A stretch of 64,000 nucleotides of DNA, taken from the NCBI GenBank assembly GCA_020849765.1, contig JADLAY010000017.1, positions 44,906 through 108,905 of the forward strand, read 5' to 3'. Below, piece after piece: positions 37,011-46,577 of this stretch. Position 1 is the first letter of the stretch. The number at the start of each line of letters is the position of its first letter. The DNA is from Anaerolineae bacterium (lineage in GTDB: Bacteria; Chloroflexota; Anaerolineae; Aggregatilineales; Phototrophicaceae). The position numbers were made by a program, and so were the translations under genes. The notes beneath the pieces were generated by a model that was not told the DNA's origin, did not search any database, and saw only the letters and a list, made by a program, of their open reading frames with translations.

Positions 37011-37119
37011 GCGAACGTATCTGCGTTCATCTGACCACGTGTTGTCGAATATTTGCATCGTCGACTTACGAAATAGATAATAAACGTGGTGTACTTATTA
37101 GGAGTTCTTTCAAACCACA

Positions 37120-38775
37120 ATGCCTAGTGCATTCATCTCTTATCGCCGCGTCGAAAGCGCTGCCCTTGCCACGCTGATCGCCGTCACCTTGCAAGACAAG
37201 CATGGCATTGAAGTTTTCGTCGATACCCGCAGTACCGACGGTGGTGGCCTGTTTCCTGACCGCTTGCGCCGCGCCATTGAACATTGCGACGTATTCGTTT
37301 GCCTGCTTGGCGCGACGACGCTGGAATCCGCCTGGGTGATGGAAGAGATCGAACATGCGCATAACTTGCGCAAGACGATGATCCCGGTCTTCCAGGAACG
37401 TTACGTTCCGCCCAACCCAATTCCCAGCGTACACGTCGAAGCACTGCTGCAATCGGATGGATTGCAGGTTCTTGATGTGCGCAACGTGTACGTCGATCAA
37501 GCTATCTCCGACTTGGCGTCAATGATCAGAAGATCCGTCGGTGCTCCAATGCCGCCGCCCAGGCGAGGCATCGGGTTACCTCTGATTGCCGCAGTCTTGG
37601 TGTTGCTCGCGTTAGTCGCCCTTGGCATCTTCCTGGTGTCTCGCGCCATGGAATCCCCCACTTCAACAGCCAGTCCGACACAGATCGCGGGTGGTGTGAC
37701 CGCCAGCACCACCATCGAGCAACCCACCGCTGCACCGACAGAAGATGCGGCTGGCACACGGGTCGCCCAATTGCAGGCCAGCCTGACCGCCTTGGCGCAA
37801 CTTCAAATCGTAGGGGAAGAAACCGCGACGGCGGACGCCGCAACGCGTGGTGCTGCTGCACAAATCGATGCGACTTTGCGGGCAGCCGCGGACACCGCGA
37901 CCGCGGCTGCCCTCGCTATCACGCAATCCGTATTGGGTGAAACGGCGACTCAGCAAGCCATTGACGCGACCGCGATAGCTAGTGTATCGACAGATACTCC
38001 CACCCCATCCGCGACACCTACGCCTATCACACTGGAATATGCTTACGCCCAGGCAGTAAATTATGATGATGGTCAGGGAAATACGGCATGGACGCCTATT
38101 GCATATACGTTTGGGGATGGCGTGACGATGGTTCTAGTACCGACGGGCTGCTTTTTGATGGGTAGCAGCGAAGGTAATATTAACGAACAGCCCATCAATG
38201 AGCAGTGCTTTGTCGTGCCATTCTGGATCGACCAGACTGAAGTGACACAGGCCGATTTTGTACGTCTGAGTGGACAAAAGGCGGCCCCGAATGAATTTCC
38301 TGCTGACCAACACCCCGTTGAGAATATCACTTGGTTCGAAGCACGTAATTTCTGCGTGTTGCGGGGTGCGCGCTTGCCAACAGAGCGCGAATGGGAATAT
38401 GCAGCCCGCGGCCCTGAAGGATGGATCTACCCATGGGGAAACATGTGGGACACGAGCTATGCTGCATGGAACCGGAGTAGATCGCAAAGAACCGCCATCG
38501 TGGGAACAGCATCAAATGGGGTTTCCTGGGTCGGTGCACAGGATATGAGCGGCAACGTCTGGGAGTGGGCGAGCTCCCTTTACCAGCCGTACCCCTATGC
38601 GGCAGACGATGGACGAGAGGGGGATATGAGAGACCTTGCGGATGCTCAACGTGTGTTGAGAGGCGGTTCTTGGTACTACGTCAGTACTATTGGCCTACGC
38701 GCGCCTACGCGCAGCGGACTCGACCCAATAGCCAAAGACAATCTATTAGGTTTCCGTTGCGCCCGCGATGTCTGA
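37120..38775 (+). CDS. TIR domain - TM helix - Thr/Ala-rich linker - FGE-sulfatase (SUMF1-like) domain fusion protein
   Basis: N-terminus SAFISYRRVES and SAWVMEEIEHA (TIR alphaC SxW..E motif with the conserved Glu). One TM (LPLIAAVLVLLALVALGIFLV). C-terminal FGE-sulfatase signatures GNVWEWASS, RGGSWYY, GFRCARD. AT-rich promoter region 37010-37120. Confidence 0.8.
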   Translation: MPSAFISYRRVESAALATLIAVTLQDKHGIEVFVDTRSTDGGGLFPDRLRRAIEHCDVFVCLLGATTLESAWVMEEIEHAHNLRKTMIPVFQERYVPPNPIPSVHVEALLQSDGLQVLDVRNVYVDQAISDLASMIRRSVGAPMPPPRRGIGLPLIAAVLVLLALVALGIFLVSRAMESPTSTASPTQIAGGVTASTTIEQPTAAPTEDAAGTRVAQLQASLTALAQLQIVGEETATADAATRGAAAQIDATLRAAADTATAAALAITQSVLGETATQQAIDATAIASVSTDTPTPSATPTPITLEYAYAQAVNYDDGQGNTAWTPIAYTFGDGVTMVLVPTGCFLMGSSEGNINEQPINEQCFVVPFWIDQTEVTQADFVRLSGQKAAPNEFPADQHPVENITWFEARNFCVLRGARLPTEREWEYAARGPEGWIYPWGNMWDTSYAAWNRSRSQRTAIVGTASNGVSWVGAQDMSGNVWEWASSLYQPYPYAADDGREGDMRDLADAQRVLRGGSWYYVSTIGLRAPTRSGLDPIAKDNLLGFRCARDV

Positions 38776-39313
38776 TTGCGACCACACTTACCCCCAGCGC
38801 AAATCGCCTCGTCTCCGCGACTATGATTACGCACAATCCGGTGCATATTTCGTCACCATCTGTACCTATCGACGTGAGCATCTCTTTGGCGAGGTCGTCG
38901 ATCAACAGATGCATCTGTCGCGGATGGGATCGATTGCTCATGACCTGTGGTACACCATCCCCGATCATCATTCGCAGGTCGAACTCGATGCGTTCGTCGT
39001 CATGCCCAACCATGTCCACGGCATCATCGTTGTAGGGACGCCGCGTGCGGCGTCCGGCGGCGAGAATGATGGGCGATCGGCGGACAGGGCACGCCCTGTC
39101 CCTACGGAATCGCTCGGAGCGATCATCGGTGCGTACAAGTCCGCCGTGACACGCACCGTCAATCAGGCGATGAGGTTGGTCGCGCCGACGGTCTGGCAGA
39201 CGCGCTATGACCATCACATCATTCGCAGCGAGCACGATCTAGACCGCATCCGCGCCTACGTCGCCGACAACTCCGCGCGATGGCTGGATGACACGCTGTT
39301 CACAAAAGGATAG
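38768..39313 (+). mobile_element. REP-associated tyrosine transposase (RAYT, IS200/IS605-like Y1 HUH transposase)
   Basis: HUH motif NHVHGIIVV and catalytic Tyr context RYDHHIIRS. Start ATG overlaps the TIR-FGE stop (ATGTCTGA). Contains an in-frame copy of the 28-bp REP-like palindrome. Confidence 0.8.
39079..39107. repeat. REP-like 28-bp palindrome, copy inside the RAYT ORF
   Basis: Identical core to 11591..11619. Encodes SADRARPVPT in-frame. Confidence 0.75.
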
Positions 39314-39316
39314 CCC

Positions 39317-40732
39317 TCAGCACTCGGCGACGTTGACCGGGATCTGCACGGCGAGGCCGCCCTCTGCCGTCTCTTTGTACTTGTCGCTCATGTCGCGCGC
39401 CGTCTCCCACATCGTGCGGATGACCGCATCCAGCGAGACGCGCGCGTTCTGCGGTGTGCTCTCCAGGGCGATGTGCGCGGCGGTGATCGCCTTCATGGCG
39501 CCCATGGCATTACGCTCGATGCACGGGATCTGCACCAGCCCGCCGACCGGATCGCAGGTCAGGCCGAGGTGATGCTCCATCGCGATCTCGGCGGCCATCA
39601 GCGCCTGATCGACCGTGCCGCCCAGGCATTCGGTCAGCGCTGCCGCGGCCATCGCCGATGAGACGCCGATCTCCGCCTGGCAGCCGCCGAGCGCCGCGGA
39701 AATCGTCGCGCCCGTCTTGAACAGCCCGCCGATGGCGCTCGCGGTCAGCAGGAAGCGCAGCGAATCCGCCTCGCTCGCCTGATGCGCGCAGACGAAATGC
39801 ATCAGCACCGCCGGGATGACCCCGGCTGCCCCGTTGGTCGGCGCGGTGACGACTCGCCCGAAGGCGGCGTTCTCCTCGTTGACGGCCAATGCGAAGCAGC
39901 TCACCCACTTGACCGTGTCCTGGAATGTGCGCGGGCGCGACCGGATCGCTTCGATCCACGAGTCGCGGTCGTGGTAGGTCGCCACATCCATCAGCTTGCG
40001 GTGCATGTGCTGGGCGCGGCGCACGACGCGCAGCCCGCCCGGCAGATCGCCATCGGCATGGCAGCCGCGGTAGATCGAGTCGGCCATCGTCCCCCAGATG
40101 CGGCGCAGCCCGGCGTCGATCGTGACGTCGTCGCGCCAGGCACGCTCGTTTTCGCGTACCATCTCCCAGATCGACAGCCCGTGCCCGTGGCAGCAGTCCG
40201 CGATCTCGGCGGCGCTCATGCATGGATACGGCGCGGTGATCTCGTCCTCGCCGGTCGCCTCACCCTCGCGGACGACGAAGCCACCGCCTATCGAATAGTA
40301 GGTGCCTTCGACGGTCGATCCATCGTCGAGCCGGGCGCTCAGGCGGATGCCGTTGGGATGAAACGGCAGCGATCGGTTGTAGTGGAAGATCAGGTCGGCG
40401 GCGGGGTCGAAGGGGATGATCTTGCGACCCAGCAGCGCGATTTCGCCCGCCATCTCCGTCTGGCGGATGACGTGGCCGACGTGCCGCGTATCACAGCTTG
40501 CCGGGTCTTCGCCGCGCAGACCCATCAGCACCGCGATGTCGGTGCCATGGCCGCGACCGGTCTTCGCCAGCGAGCCGAATAGCTCGACCTGGACGCTCGC
40601 GACCGAGTCGAGATTGCCCGCCGCCTCGAGTTCGTACAGAAAGCGCTCGGCGGCGCGCCACGGCCCCATCGTGTGCGAACTGGACGGCCCGACGCCGATC
40701 TTGAAGATGTCGAAAACGCTGATCCGCTGCAT
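39317..40732 (-). CDS. sdaA: L-serine dehydratase (Fe-S dependent, single-chain alpha+beta)
   Basis: 471 aa. N-terminal motif [19 protein letters not shown] and C-terminal Cys ligands typical of SdaA. Confidence 0.9.
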   Translation of the reverse strand: MQRISVFDIFKIGVGPSSSHTMGPWRAAERFLYELEAAGNLDSVASVQVELFGSLAKTGRGHGTDIAVLMGLRGEDPASCDTRHVGHVIRQTEMAGEIALLGRKIIPFDPAADLIFHYNRSLPFHPNGIRLSARLDDGSTVEGTYYSIGGGFVVREGEATGEDEITAPYPCMSAAEIADCCHGHGLSIWEMVRENERAWRDDVTIDAGLRRIWGTMADSIYRGCHADGDLPGGLRVVRRAQHMHRKLMDVATYHDRDSWIEAIRSRPRTFQDTVKWVSCFALAVNEENAAFGRVVTAPTNGAAGVIPAVLMHFVCAHQASEADSLRFLLTASAIGGLFKTGATISAALGGCQAEIGVSSAMAAAALTECLGGTVDQALMAAEIAMEHHLGLTCDPVGGLVQIPCIERNAMGAMKAITAAHIALESTPQNARVSLDAVIRTMWETARDMSDKYKETAEGGLAVQIPVNVAEC

Positions 40733-40846
40733 GGTTTGTATCGCTCGCTTCTCGTGTGCGGAATTATACCTCCGGCGAGCGCATCCGTTGCACTCCCTGG
40801 TGTACAGTCGAGCAGATTTTCTTCCGCCCCCGAATGAAAGCCGTCG

Positions 40847-41458
40847 CTAGCGGAATCCATTCCACATCAGGTTCAGGTAGGCGGGCAGAATGTCCTTGAC
40901 GACCTGCTGCGCGGCCTGCTCGGCGGAGATCGGCAGGCCCTTCTCCAGCCACCACGAGGCAATCCCGATGAAGCCGGTGCTGTAGAACTGGAGCGTCATC
41001 TCCAGCGGATAGCCGATGTCGAGCTGCGGATGATCCCGCGTGATCGGCTCGAAGATCAGCTCGTTCAGCAGCGCCTGAAACAACTCGCGAAACAGTGGAT
41101 CGCCATGCTTGCCGAGCAGGGTTCGGTAGAAAGCCTCATGCCGCTCCAGGTGGTGCAAGACGTTCGCCACGACCGGCTCCAATGACGCCGGGTCCTGCTG
41201 CTTATCCCAAACTTTGTAGATTTCTGTGCGCACTTCGCCGAACAGGGTTTTCGCGCAATCTTCCAGCAGTTCGTGCAAGCCGCTGTAATGCAGGTAGAAC
41301 GTCGTTCGATGCAACCCGGCTTGCTGAGTCACGTCCTGGATCGTCAGGCTGGAGAAGCCCCTGTCCGCGATCAGCGCCATCAGCGCATTGCGCAGTAAGG
41401 CGCGGGTGCGAACGATTCGGGGGTCCTGGGTCGCGTCGTTCATCGATACCTTGTCCAT
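40847..41458 (-). CDS. TetR/AcrR-family transcriptional regulator
   Basis: TetR HTH (LTIQDVTQQAGLHRTTFYLHYSG). Start chosen at an internal Met of ORF 40847..41527 and may be off by about 15 bp. Divergent from the MMPL gene. Confidence 0.75.
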   Translation of the reverse strand: MDKVSMNDATQDPRIVRTRALLRNALMALIADRGFSSLTIQDVTQQAGLHRTTFYLHYSGLHELLEDCAKTLFGEVRTEIYKVWDKQQDPASLEPVVANVLHHLERHEAFYRTLLGKHGDPLFRELFQALLNELIFEPITRDHPQLDIGYPLEMTLQFYSTGFIGIASWWLEKGLPISAEQAAQQVVKDILPAYLNLMWNGFR

Positions 41459-41577
41459 ATTTGTCGAATAGACAACACAGGCCGTGGAAATGTCGATTTG
41501 TAATTCGAGCCTGTGCGTATAATACAACTTATCGACAGAATGTCGATTAGCGAACCTGCATGGTGTTGGCGCGCCAG

Positions 41578-41699
41578 CCTACCCTCAACCCCGTCCCCTT
41601 CTCCCTGATGGAGAAGGGGAGAAAAATCGGTTCTGAAAGTCCCTCTCCCTGACGACCAAAGGGAGCACCGAAGGTTGGGAGAGGGATTTAAGGTGAGGG
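41578..41699. repeat. MITE-like palindromic element, copy 2 (inverse orientation, TetR-MMPL intergenic region)
   Basis: Both termini match copy 1 ends in reverse complement (CCCTCAACCCCGTCCCCTTCTCCCTGA / GGGAGAGGGATTTAAGGTGAGGG). Confidence 0.7.
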
Positions 41700-41816
41700 C
41701 AACAAAGAGCACAACGAATGATGACCAAGTCACACTGAGTTCTGCCCCGCCAGCGCGGCCCCGTTCTTGTTTGTCTGTTGAACCGAGTACTTACCGTAAT
41801 CCATTCGCATTGATGC

Positions 41817-44423
41817 GTGAGGAATCACTTCATGTCCTATCGCCGTATCGGCGCGGCGGCCGTCCGCCTGCGCTATCCCATTATCGTCGCCTGGATTGCC
41901 GCCGCGGTCATCATCACGCTGCTGGCGCCGAATCTATCCGACGTGACGACTGCCGATCTCTCGCAGATGCTGCCGACCGACGCGCCGTTCAATTATGCCG
42001 CGGACATCTACAAAGCCGCCTTCCCCGACTCTGCGGACACGACCGGCGCCGTGATCGTCATCAAGACGACCGATGCCGAGGGCGTCCTCAATCAGGCTGC
42101 GCCCACCTTCGCCGAGCAAACCCGGACGCCCGCCGCTGAATTCATCAGCGAGCTGTGCGCGTGGCTGAGCAGCGACGACGCCCCAGAGCGCATCACCGGC
42201 GTGACCTGCCCCGTGAGCGCTGAGGAAGTCGCCGGGATGACGATCGACAGCAGCAACCAGGTCGCCATGGTTCCGCTCAACCTGGCGGATGGCGACGTCA
42301 TCTTCGAGCAGGTGGTCGCCGACCCGATTCGCGCCTGGATCGGTGAGCATCAGCCGGACGGCATCACCAGCTACATCACCGGGTCACAGGCGGTGATTTC
42401 TGCCTTCGTCGACGCGGCGCTGACGACGGTCGAGCGCACGCTGATCGTGACGGTCGCGCTGGTCGTGCTGCTGCTGCTGCTGATTTACCGCTCGCCGGTC
42501 AGCCCGATCATCCCGCTGACTGCCGTCACGCTGTCGTACCTGATCACGCGCGGAATCGTCGGCGTGCTTGCGGCCAACGTGCTGACCGTCTCCAGCTACG
42601 CCGACATCCTGCTCGTCGTCGTCATTTACGGCGCGGGCACGGATTACTGCCTGTTCCTGATCAGCCGCTTCCGCGAGGAGGTCGCCGGGCACCTGGCCAT
42701 CCCCGAAGCGACGATCACGACCGTCGAAAGCGTGGGCGAGACGATCGCCAGCAGCGCAGGGACGATCTTCGTCGGCTTCACGGCCATGGTCTTCGCGCAT
42801 TTCGGCGTCTTCAACGCCTCCGGCCCGACGCTGGCGATCGGGATCGTCATCTCGTTGATCGCGGGCCTGACGCTCGTGCCCGCGATGCTGTCCGCCCTCG
42901 GCAACCGGGCATTCTGGCCCGGCACAGCCAGGCACCGCGCGCAAGGCCGATTCTACGCCGCGACGTCGAACCTGGTCGCGCGTCACCCGGCGCTGATCAT
43001 GATCATCATCATTGCGGTGATGCTGCCGCTCGGCATCTACGGCTTCAACGCGCCGCTCAGCTACAGTTCGCTCGAAGATCTGCCGGATCACGTCGAGGCT
43101 AAAGCGGGCTTCAACGTGCTTGAGGATACGCTCGGCCCCGGCAACCTGGCACCGCTGACGGTCGTCGTCACCGAGCGCGACCCGGCCACCATGACCGGCG
43201 AGATCATCCAGCTCGAGTCCGATCTGCTGGCGCTTGACGGTGTCGCCGACGTCATGAGCCTGAACAATCCGGTCGGGCAAGGCGGCGAGATCAGCAGCCT
43301 GCTGCGCGTCGACAGCCAGCTGCGCCTGATCGGGAGCTTCCTCTCGTTGGGCAGCACGGAGACGATGCCCGATCTGCAATCGATCAACACGATGTTCGCC
43401 GGCATGCAGCAGTATCTTGACAATCTCGCGGCGAAGTTCCCCAGCATCGCCGATGACCCCGACCTGCTGACGCTCAAGCAGAGCTTCACCAGCCTGTTGA
43501 CCTTCGCGCAGCATCAGGCGGATGTGGCGCCCGCGCTCGAAAACCTGGCGACGCGCTTCGAGTCAATCGACGATCCCTACTTCGACATCAGCGAACTGGC
43601 GAACCTGATGCCCGCCGATTCTGGCATGGCCGAAGGCGCCATGTTCACGCAGTTGATCGACCAGTATCTATCGACCGACCGGCAGAATTACCGCATGACA
43701 GTCATCCTGACCGGCGACCCCAACAGCGGCCAGGCGCTGGATACGCTGCTCGAAATCCGCGGCGTGCTGGATCACTACAAGAACGGCGGCGAAGCAGTCG
43801 TCAACGGGCAGCCCGCCATGCTGGCCGACCTGCGCGACGTGCTCAACTCCGATCTCGTCCTGACCATCGGCGTCGTCAGCCTGGGCATCTTCCTCGTCCT
43901 GCTGGTGATGCTGCGCAGCTTCATCGCGCCGCTGTATTTGATCGCGACGGTGAGCCTGAGCTACTCGTTCACGATGGGGATCACCGATCTCGTATTCCGC
44001 ACCTTCTTCGGAGCGGAGAACGGCCTGTCATTCGTCATCCCGGTCTTCTGCTTCGTCTTTTTGGTCGCGCTGGGCGTCGATTACAGCATCTTCCTGATGG
44101 GGCGCGTCAAGGAAGAAGTCGCGCAGCGGGGCATCGGTGACGGCATCCACGAAGCGGTCGTCGCCACCGGGCCGATCATCACGTCGGCGGGCATCATCCT
44201 GGCGGGCACCTTTGGCTCGATGATGTTCGGCGATGTCGCGGCGTTGGCGCAGCTTGGCTTCTCCGTCGCCGTCGGCATTTTGATCGACACGCTGGTGGTG
44301 CGCACGATGCTCGTCCCGGCGATCACGCTGCTGCTGGGGAAGTGGGCCTGGTGGCCCGGCGGCACCGCGCAGGCGAACACAGAGGCGAAGGCCGTAAGCG
44401 ACGCCCGTCTGGCAAAAGGGTAA
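41817..44423 (+). CDS. MMPL/RND-superfamily membrane transporter
   Basis: 868 aa, two 6-TM bundles each followed by a large extracytoplasmic loop, typical MMPL architecture. Paired with TetR. Confidence 0.85.
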   Translation: MRNHFMSYRRIGAAAVRLRYPIIVAWIAAAVIITLLAPNLSDVTTADLSQMLPTDAPFNYAADIYKAAFPDSADTTGAVIVIKTTDAEGVLNQAAPTFAEQTRTPAAEFISELCAWLSSDDAPERITGVTCPVSAEEVAGMTIDSSNQVAMVPLNLADGDVIFEQVVADPIRAWIGEHQPDGITSYITGSQAVISAFVDAALTTVERTLIVTVALVVLLLLLIYRSPVSPIIPLTAVTLSYLITRGIVGVLAANVLTVSSYADILLVVVIYGAGTDYCLFLISRFREEVAGHLAIPEATITTVESVGETIASSAGTIFVGFTAMVFAHFGVFNASGPTLAIGIVISLIAGLTLVPAMLSALGNRAFWPGTARHRAQGRFYAATSNLVARHPALIMIIIIAVMLPLGIYGFNAPLSYSSLEDLPDHVEAKAGFNVLEDTLGPGNLAPLTVVVTERDPATMTGEIIQLESDLLALDGVADVMSLNNPVGQGGEISSLLRVDSQLRLIGSFLSLGSTETMPDLQSINTMFAGMQQYLDNLAAKFPSIADDPDLLTLKQSFTSLLTFAQHQADVAPALENLATRFESIDDPYFDISELANLMPADSGMAEGAMFTQLIDQYLSTDRQNYRMTVILTGDPNSGQALDTLLEIRGVLDHYKNGGEAVVNGQPAMLADLRDVLNSDLVLTIGVVSLGIFLVLLVMLRSFIAPLYLIATVSLSYSFTMGITDLVFRTFFGAENGLSFVIPVFCFVFLVALGVDYSIFLMGRVKEEVAQRGIGDGIHEAVVATGPIITSAGIILAGTFGSMMFGDVAALAQLGFSVAVGILIDTLVVRTMLVPAITLLLGKWAWWPGGTAQANTEAKAVSDARLAKG

Positions 44424-44487
44424 CCAACAACCACTCACCCCGCGCGTCATGGGATGCGCGACCCGTCAGACGGCGGTCGCATCCTAT

Positions 44488-44520
44488 GACGGGGCAAGAA
44501 AAAACCCGCGTCATTTGGCG
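44488..44520. terminator. bidirectional intrinsic terminator between MMPL gene and tRNA-Gln
   Basis: AAAAAA-CCCGCG-TCATTTGG-CGCGGG-TTTTT. A longer imperfect palindrome at 44441..44488 precedes it. Confidence 0.75.
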
Positions 44521-44522
44521 CG

Positions 44523-44593
44523 GGTTTTTATACTGGGGGACCTGGATTCGAACCAAGATCACCTGGGCCAGAACCAGGCGTTCTGCCGTTGAA
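44523..44593 (-). tRNA. tRNA-Gln (anticodon CUG)
   Basis: Hand-folded cloverleaf from the reverse complement: acceptor UGGGGGA/UCCCCCA with the U1-A72 pair typical of bacterial tRNA-Gln, U8, D-stem GUUC/GAAC, anticodon loop UUCUGGC, T-loop UUCGAAU, discriminator G. No encoded CCA. Confidence 0.75.
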
Positions 44594-44647
44594 CTATCCC
44601 CCATAGTTCGAAGCGAATAGTAGCACAGCCCCCACGCCCGATCAAGG

Positions 44648-46357
44648 CTAAACCCGCGCAGTTCCCAACGGAGTCGGCGCATCGGCGAAAGCGAGCGGCA
44701 AACGCACGCGGAAGGTGCTGCCTTTGCCAGGCATGCTCTCGACCTCGATCGTGCCTTCGTGCGCGTCGACCACCATCTTGGCGATGGTCAGCCCCAGGCC
44801 CAGCCCGGCGCGCGAAGGCGTGCGCGCACCATCGACTTTGTAGAACGGCTCGAAGATGCGCGTCAACTGGTCGGCGGCGATGCCCTCACCCGTGTCGCTG
44901 ACCTCGACCACCATGTGGCGGCGTTCGGCTTCGGCGCACAGGATGATGCGCCCGCCCTCGGCAGTGTGCGCCAGCGCGTTTTCGATCAGATGCGTGAAGG
45001 CGATCTGCAGTTTGGCCTCGTCGGCTTTGACGAATGGCAGGCCGTCATCCATCTGGACGAGGAAGGTCAGCTTGCGCGTGGTCGCCCTGGGCATGTAGTG
45101 CTCGTTGAGGCGGATCAAAAGCGGGCGGATGTCGACCGGCAGCGGTTTCGGATCGTTGACCGCGGTGATCAGCGACAGGTTGGCGATCTGTGTGTTCATC
45201 TGAAAGACGGAATCGCGAATCGCCGACAGGCTCTGATCGATGCGCTGGCTGTCACCGCCATCTTCCAGGATCTTGCCGATCACGTAGCGCGCGCTCTCGA
45301 CGCGGGAGAGGCGTGTGCGGAAATCGTGCGAGACGGCCTGCACGAACTGGTTGAGCAGCGCAAACCGCTCGTGCTGGAGGGTAAGCTGCCAGCGCTGTTC
45401 TTCCTCGCGTTTGCGCGCCGTAATATCGACCACCGCACCATAGTGGCCGATCACGCGTGTGTGGGCGACGTTCCAGTTCGGCACGCGTTTGATCGACAAC
45501 CAGCGCAGCTCGCCATCCTTGCGGAAGATGCGATATTCGCTTTCGACGAGCTGCCCGGAGATGACCGCCCGCAGCCCATCCTGCGCCTTGGCCATGTCAT
45601 CCGGGTGGACAATCGAGAGCACTTCCTCGGCGGGCAGTTCTTCAAAGCTGTAGCCGGTGATGTCCTCGAACGCGTCGGTGATCCACTCGCGCACGTAGCG
45701 CCCGCTGCTGTTGAGCCGGTGATAGAAGGTGTAATCCGACGTCAGGTCGGAGATCATGCGATAGCGATCCTGGCTGGCCTGGAGCGCATGCTGCTTGTTG
45801 GTCTCTTTGCGTTTCCAGTGATAGAGAAAGATCAGGCTGTAGATGCCCGCGATCAGGTTGAAGGCAAGCGGGCCTTCGATGATGTCTTGCAGCGGAACAC
45901 CGAGCACGTACGGCCCGCCGACGAACATCAGGGCACAATAGGTCAGCATGATCACGAACGCGCTGCTGATAGAGACAAACGACGCGGAGAAGATGACGAC
46001 GTTGATCAGGTAGTAGAGGATGTCCATGCCGCGATGCCCGGACAGCAGACCGGACACCAGCAGCGTGATCATGGTCGCTACGCCCGCCCCGGTGAGGACG
46101 GTCGCGCGCAGTTGGCCGTAACGGCTGAAGACGTAAGCGACGATGTAGAGGAAGGCGCTGGCGACGATGACCAGCACTTCGGCGGGGCGCTGGCGCCAGA
46201 CCAGGGGCAGGATGACGATGGTGCTGAAGAGGGACAGCAGCACCACCACCACGCTCAGCGAGGCGAGTGACTGCACATCGTAACGGCGATCGTCGTCCTC
46301 TACTTCGACCCAGGGCGCTGTGATCCTGTTCCAGAGGGACATGAATCGCGTGCGCAT
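44648..46357 (-). CDS. sensor histidine kinase (multi-TM sensor, PAS, HisKA, HATPase_c)
   Basis: H-box VSHDFRTRL, N/G1/G2 boxes (LIENALAHT, DTGEGI, GLGLGLTIAK). PAS domain mid-protein. No response regulator adjacent. Confidence 0.85.
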   Translation of the reverse strand: MRTRFMSLWNRITAPWVEVEDDDRRYDVQSLASLSVVVVLLSLFSTIVILPLVWRQRPAEVLVIVASAFLYIVAYVFSRYGQLRATVLTGAGVATMITLLVSGLLSGHRGMDILYYLINVVIFSASFVSISSAFVIMLTYCALMFVGGPYVLGVPLQDIIEGPLAFNLIAGIYSLIFLYHWKRKETNKQHALQASQDRYRMISDLTSDYTFYHRLNSSGRYVREWITDAFEDITGYSFEELPAEEVLSIVHPDDMAKAQDGLRAVISGQLVESEYRIFRKDGELRWLSIKRVPNWNVAHTRVIGHYGAVVDITARKREEEQRWQLTLQHERFALLNQFVQAVSHDFRTRLSRVESARYVIGKILEDGGDSQRIDQSLSAIRDSVFQMNTQIANLSLITAVNDPKPLPVDIRPLLIRLNEHYMPRATTRKLTFLVQMDDGLPFVKADEAKLQIAFTHLIENALAHTAEGGRIILCAEAERRHMVVEVSDTGEGIAADQLTRIFEPFYKVDGARTPSRAGLGLGLTIAKMVVDAHEGTIEVESMPGKGSTFRVRLPLAFADAPTPLGTARV

Positions 46358-46577
46358 CGTTTCGATGGAATTCCGCGTGATAATGATTGACCTCGACGAA
46401 CTGTTCCCCAGGCGTCCCCATGCCTCATTCACATTGCCAAACGTTGGTGGCAATCCGATGCTGTTCCGCGCGCATCCTGGCAGCGCTTTCGATCTTTAGT
46501 CGATCACAGTATACGGGCAATCTTCGATTCCGAGTCGCGTAATTGATCCGCCGTCCGCTTATGTTGGCGAATGCGCC

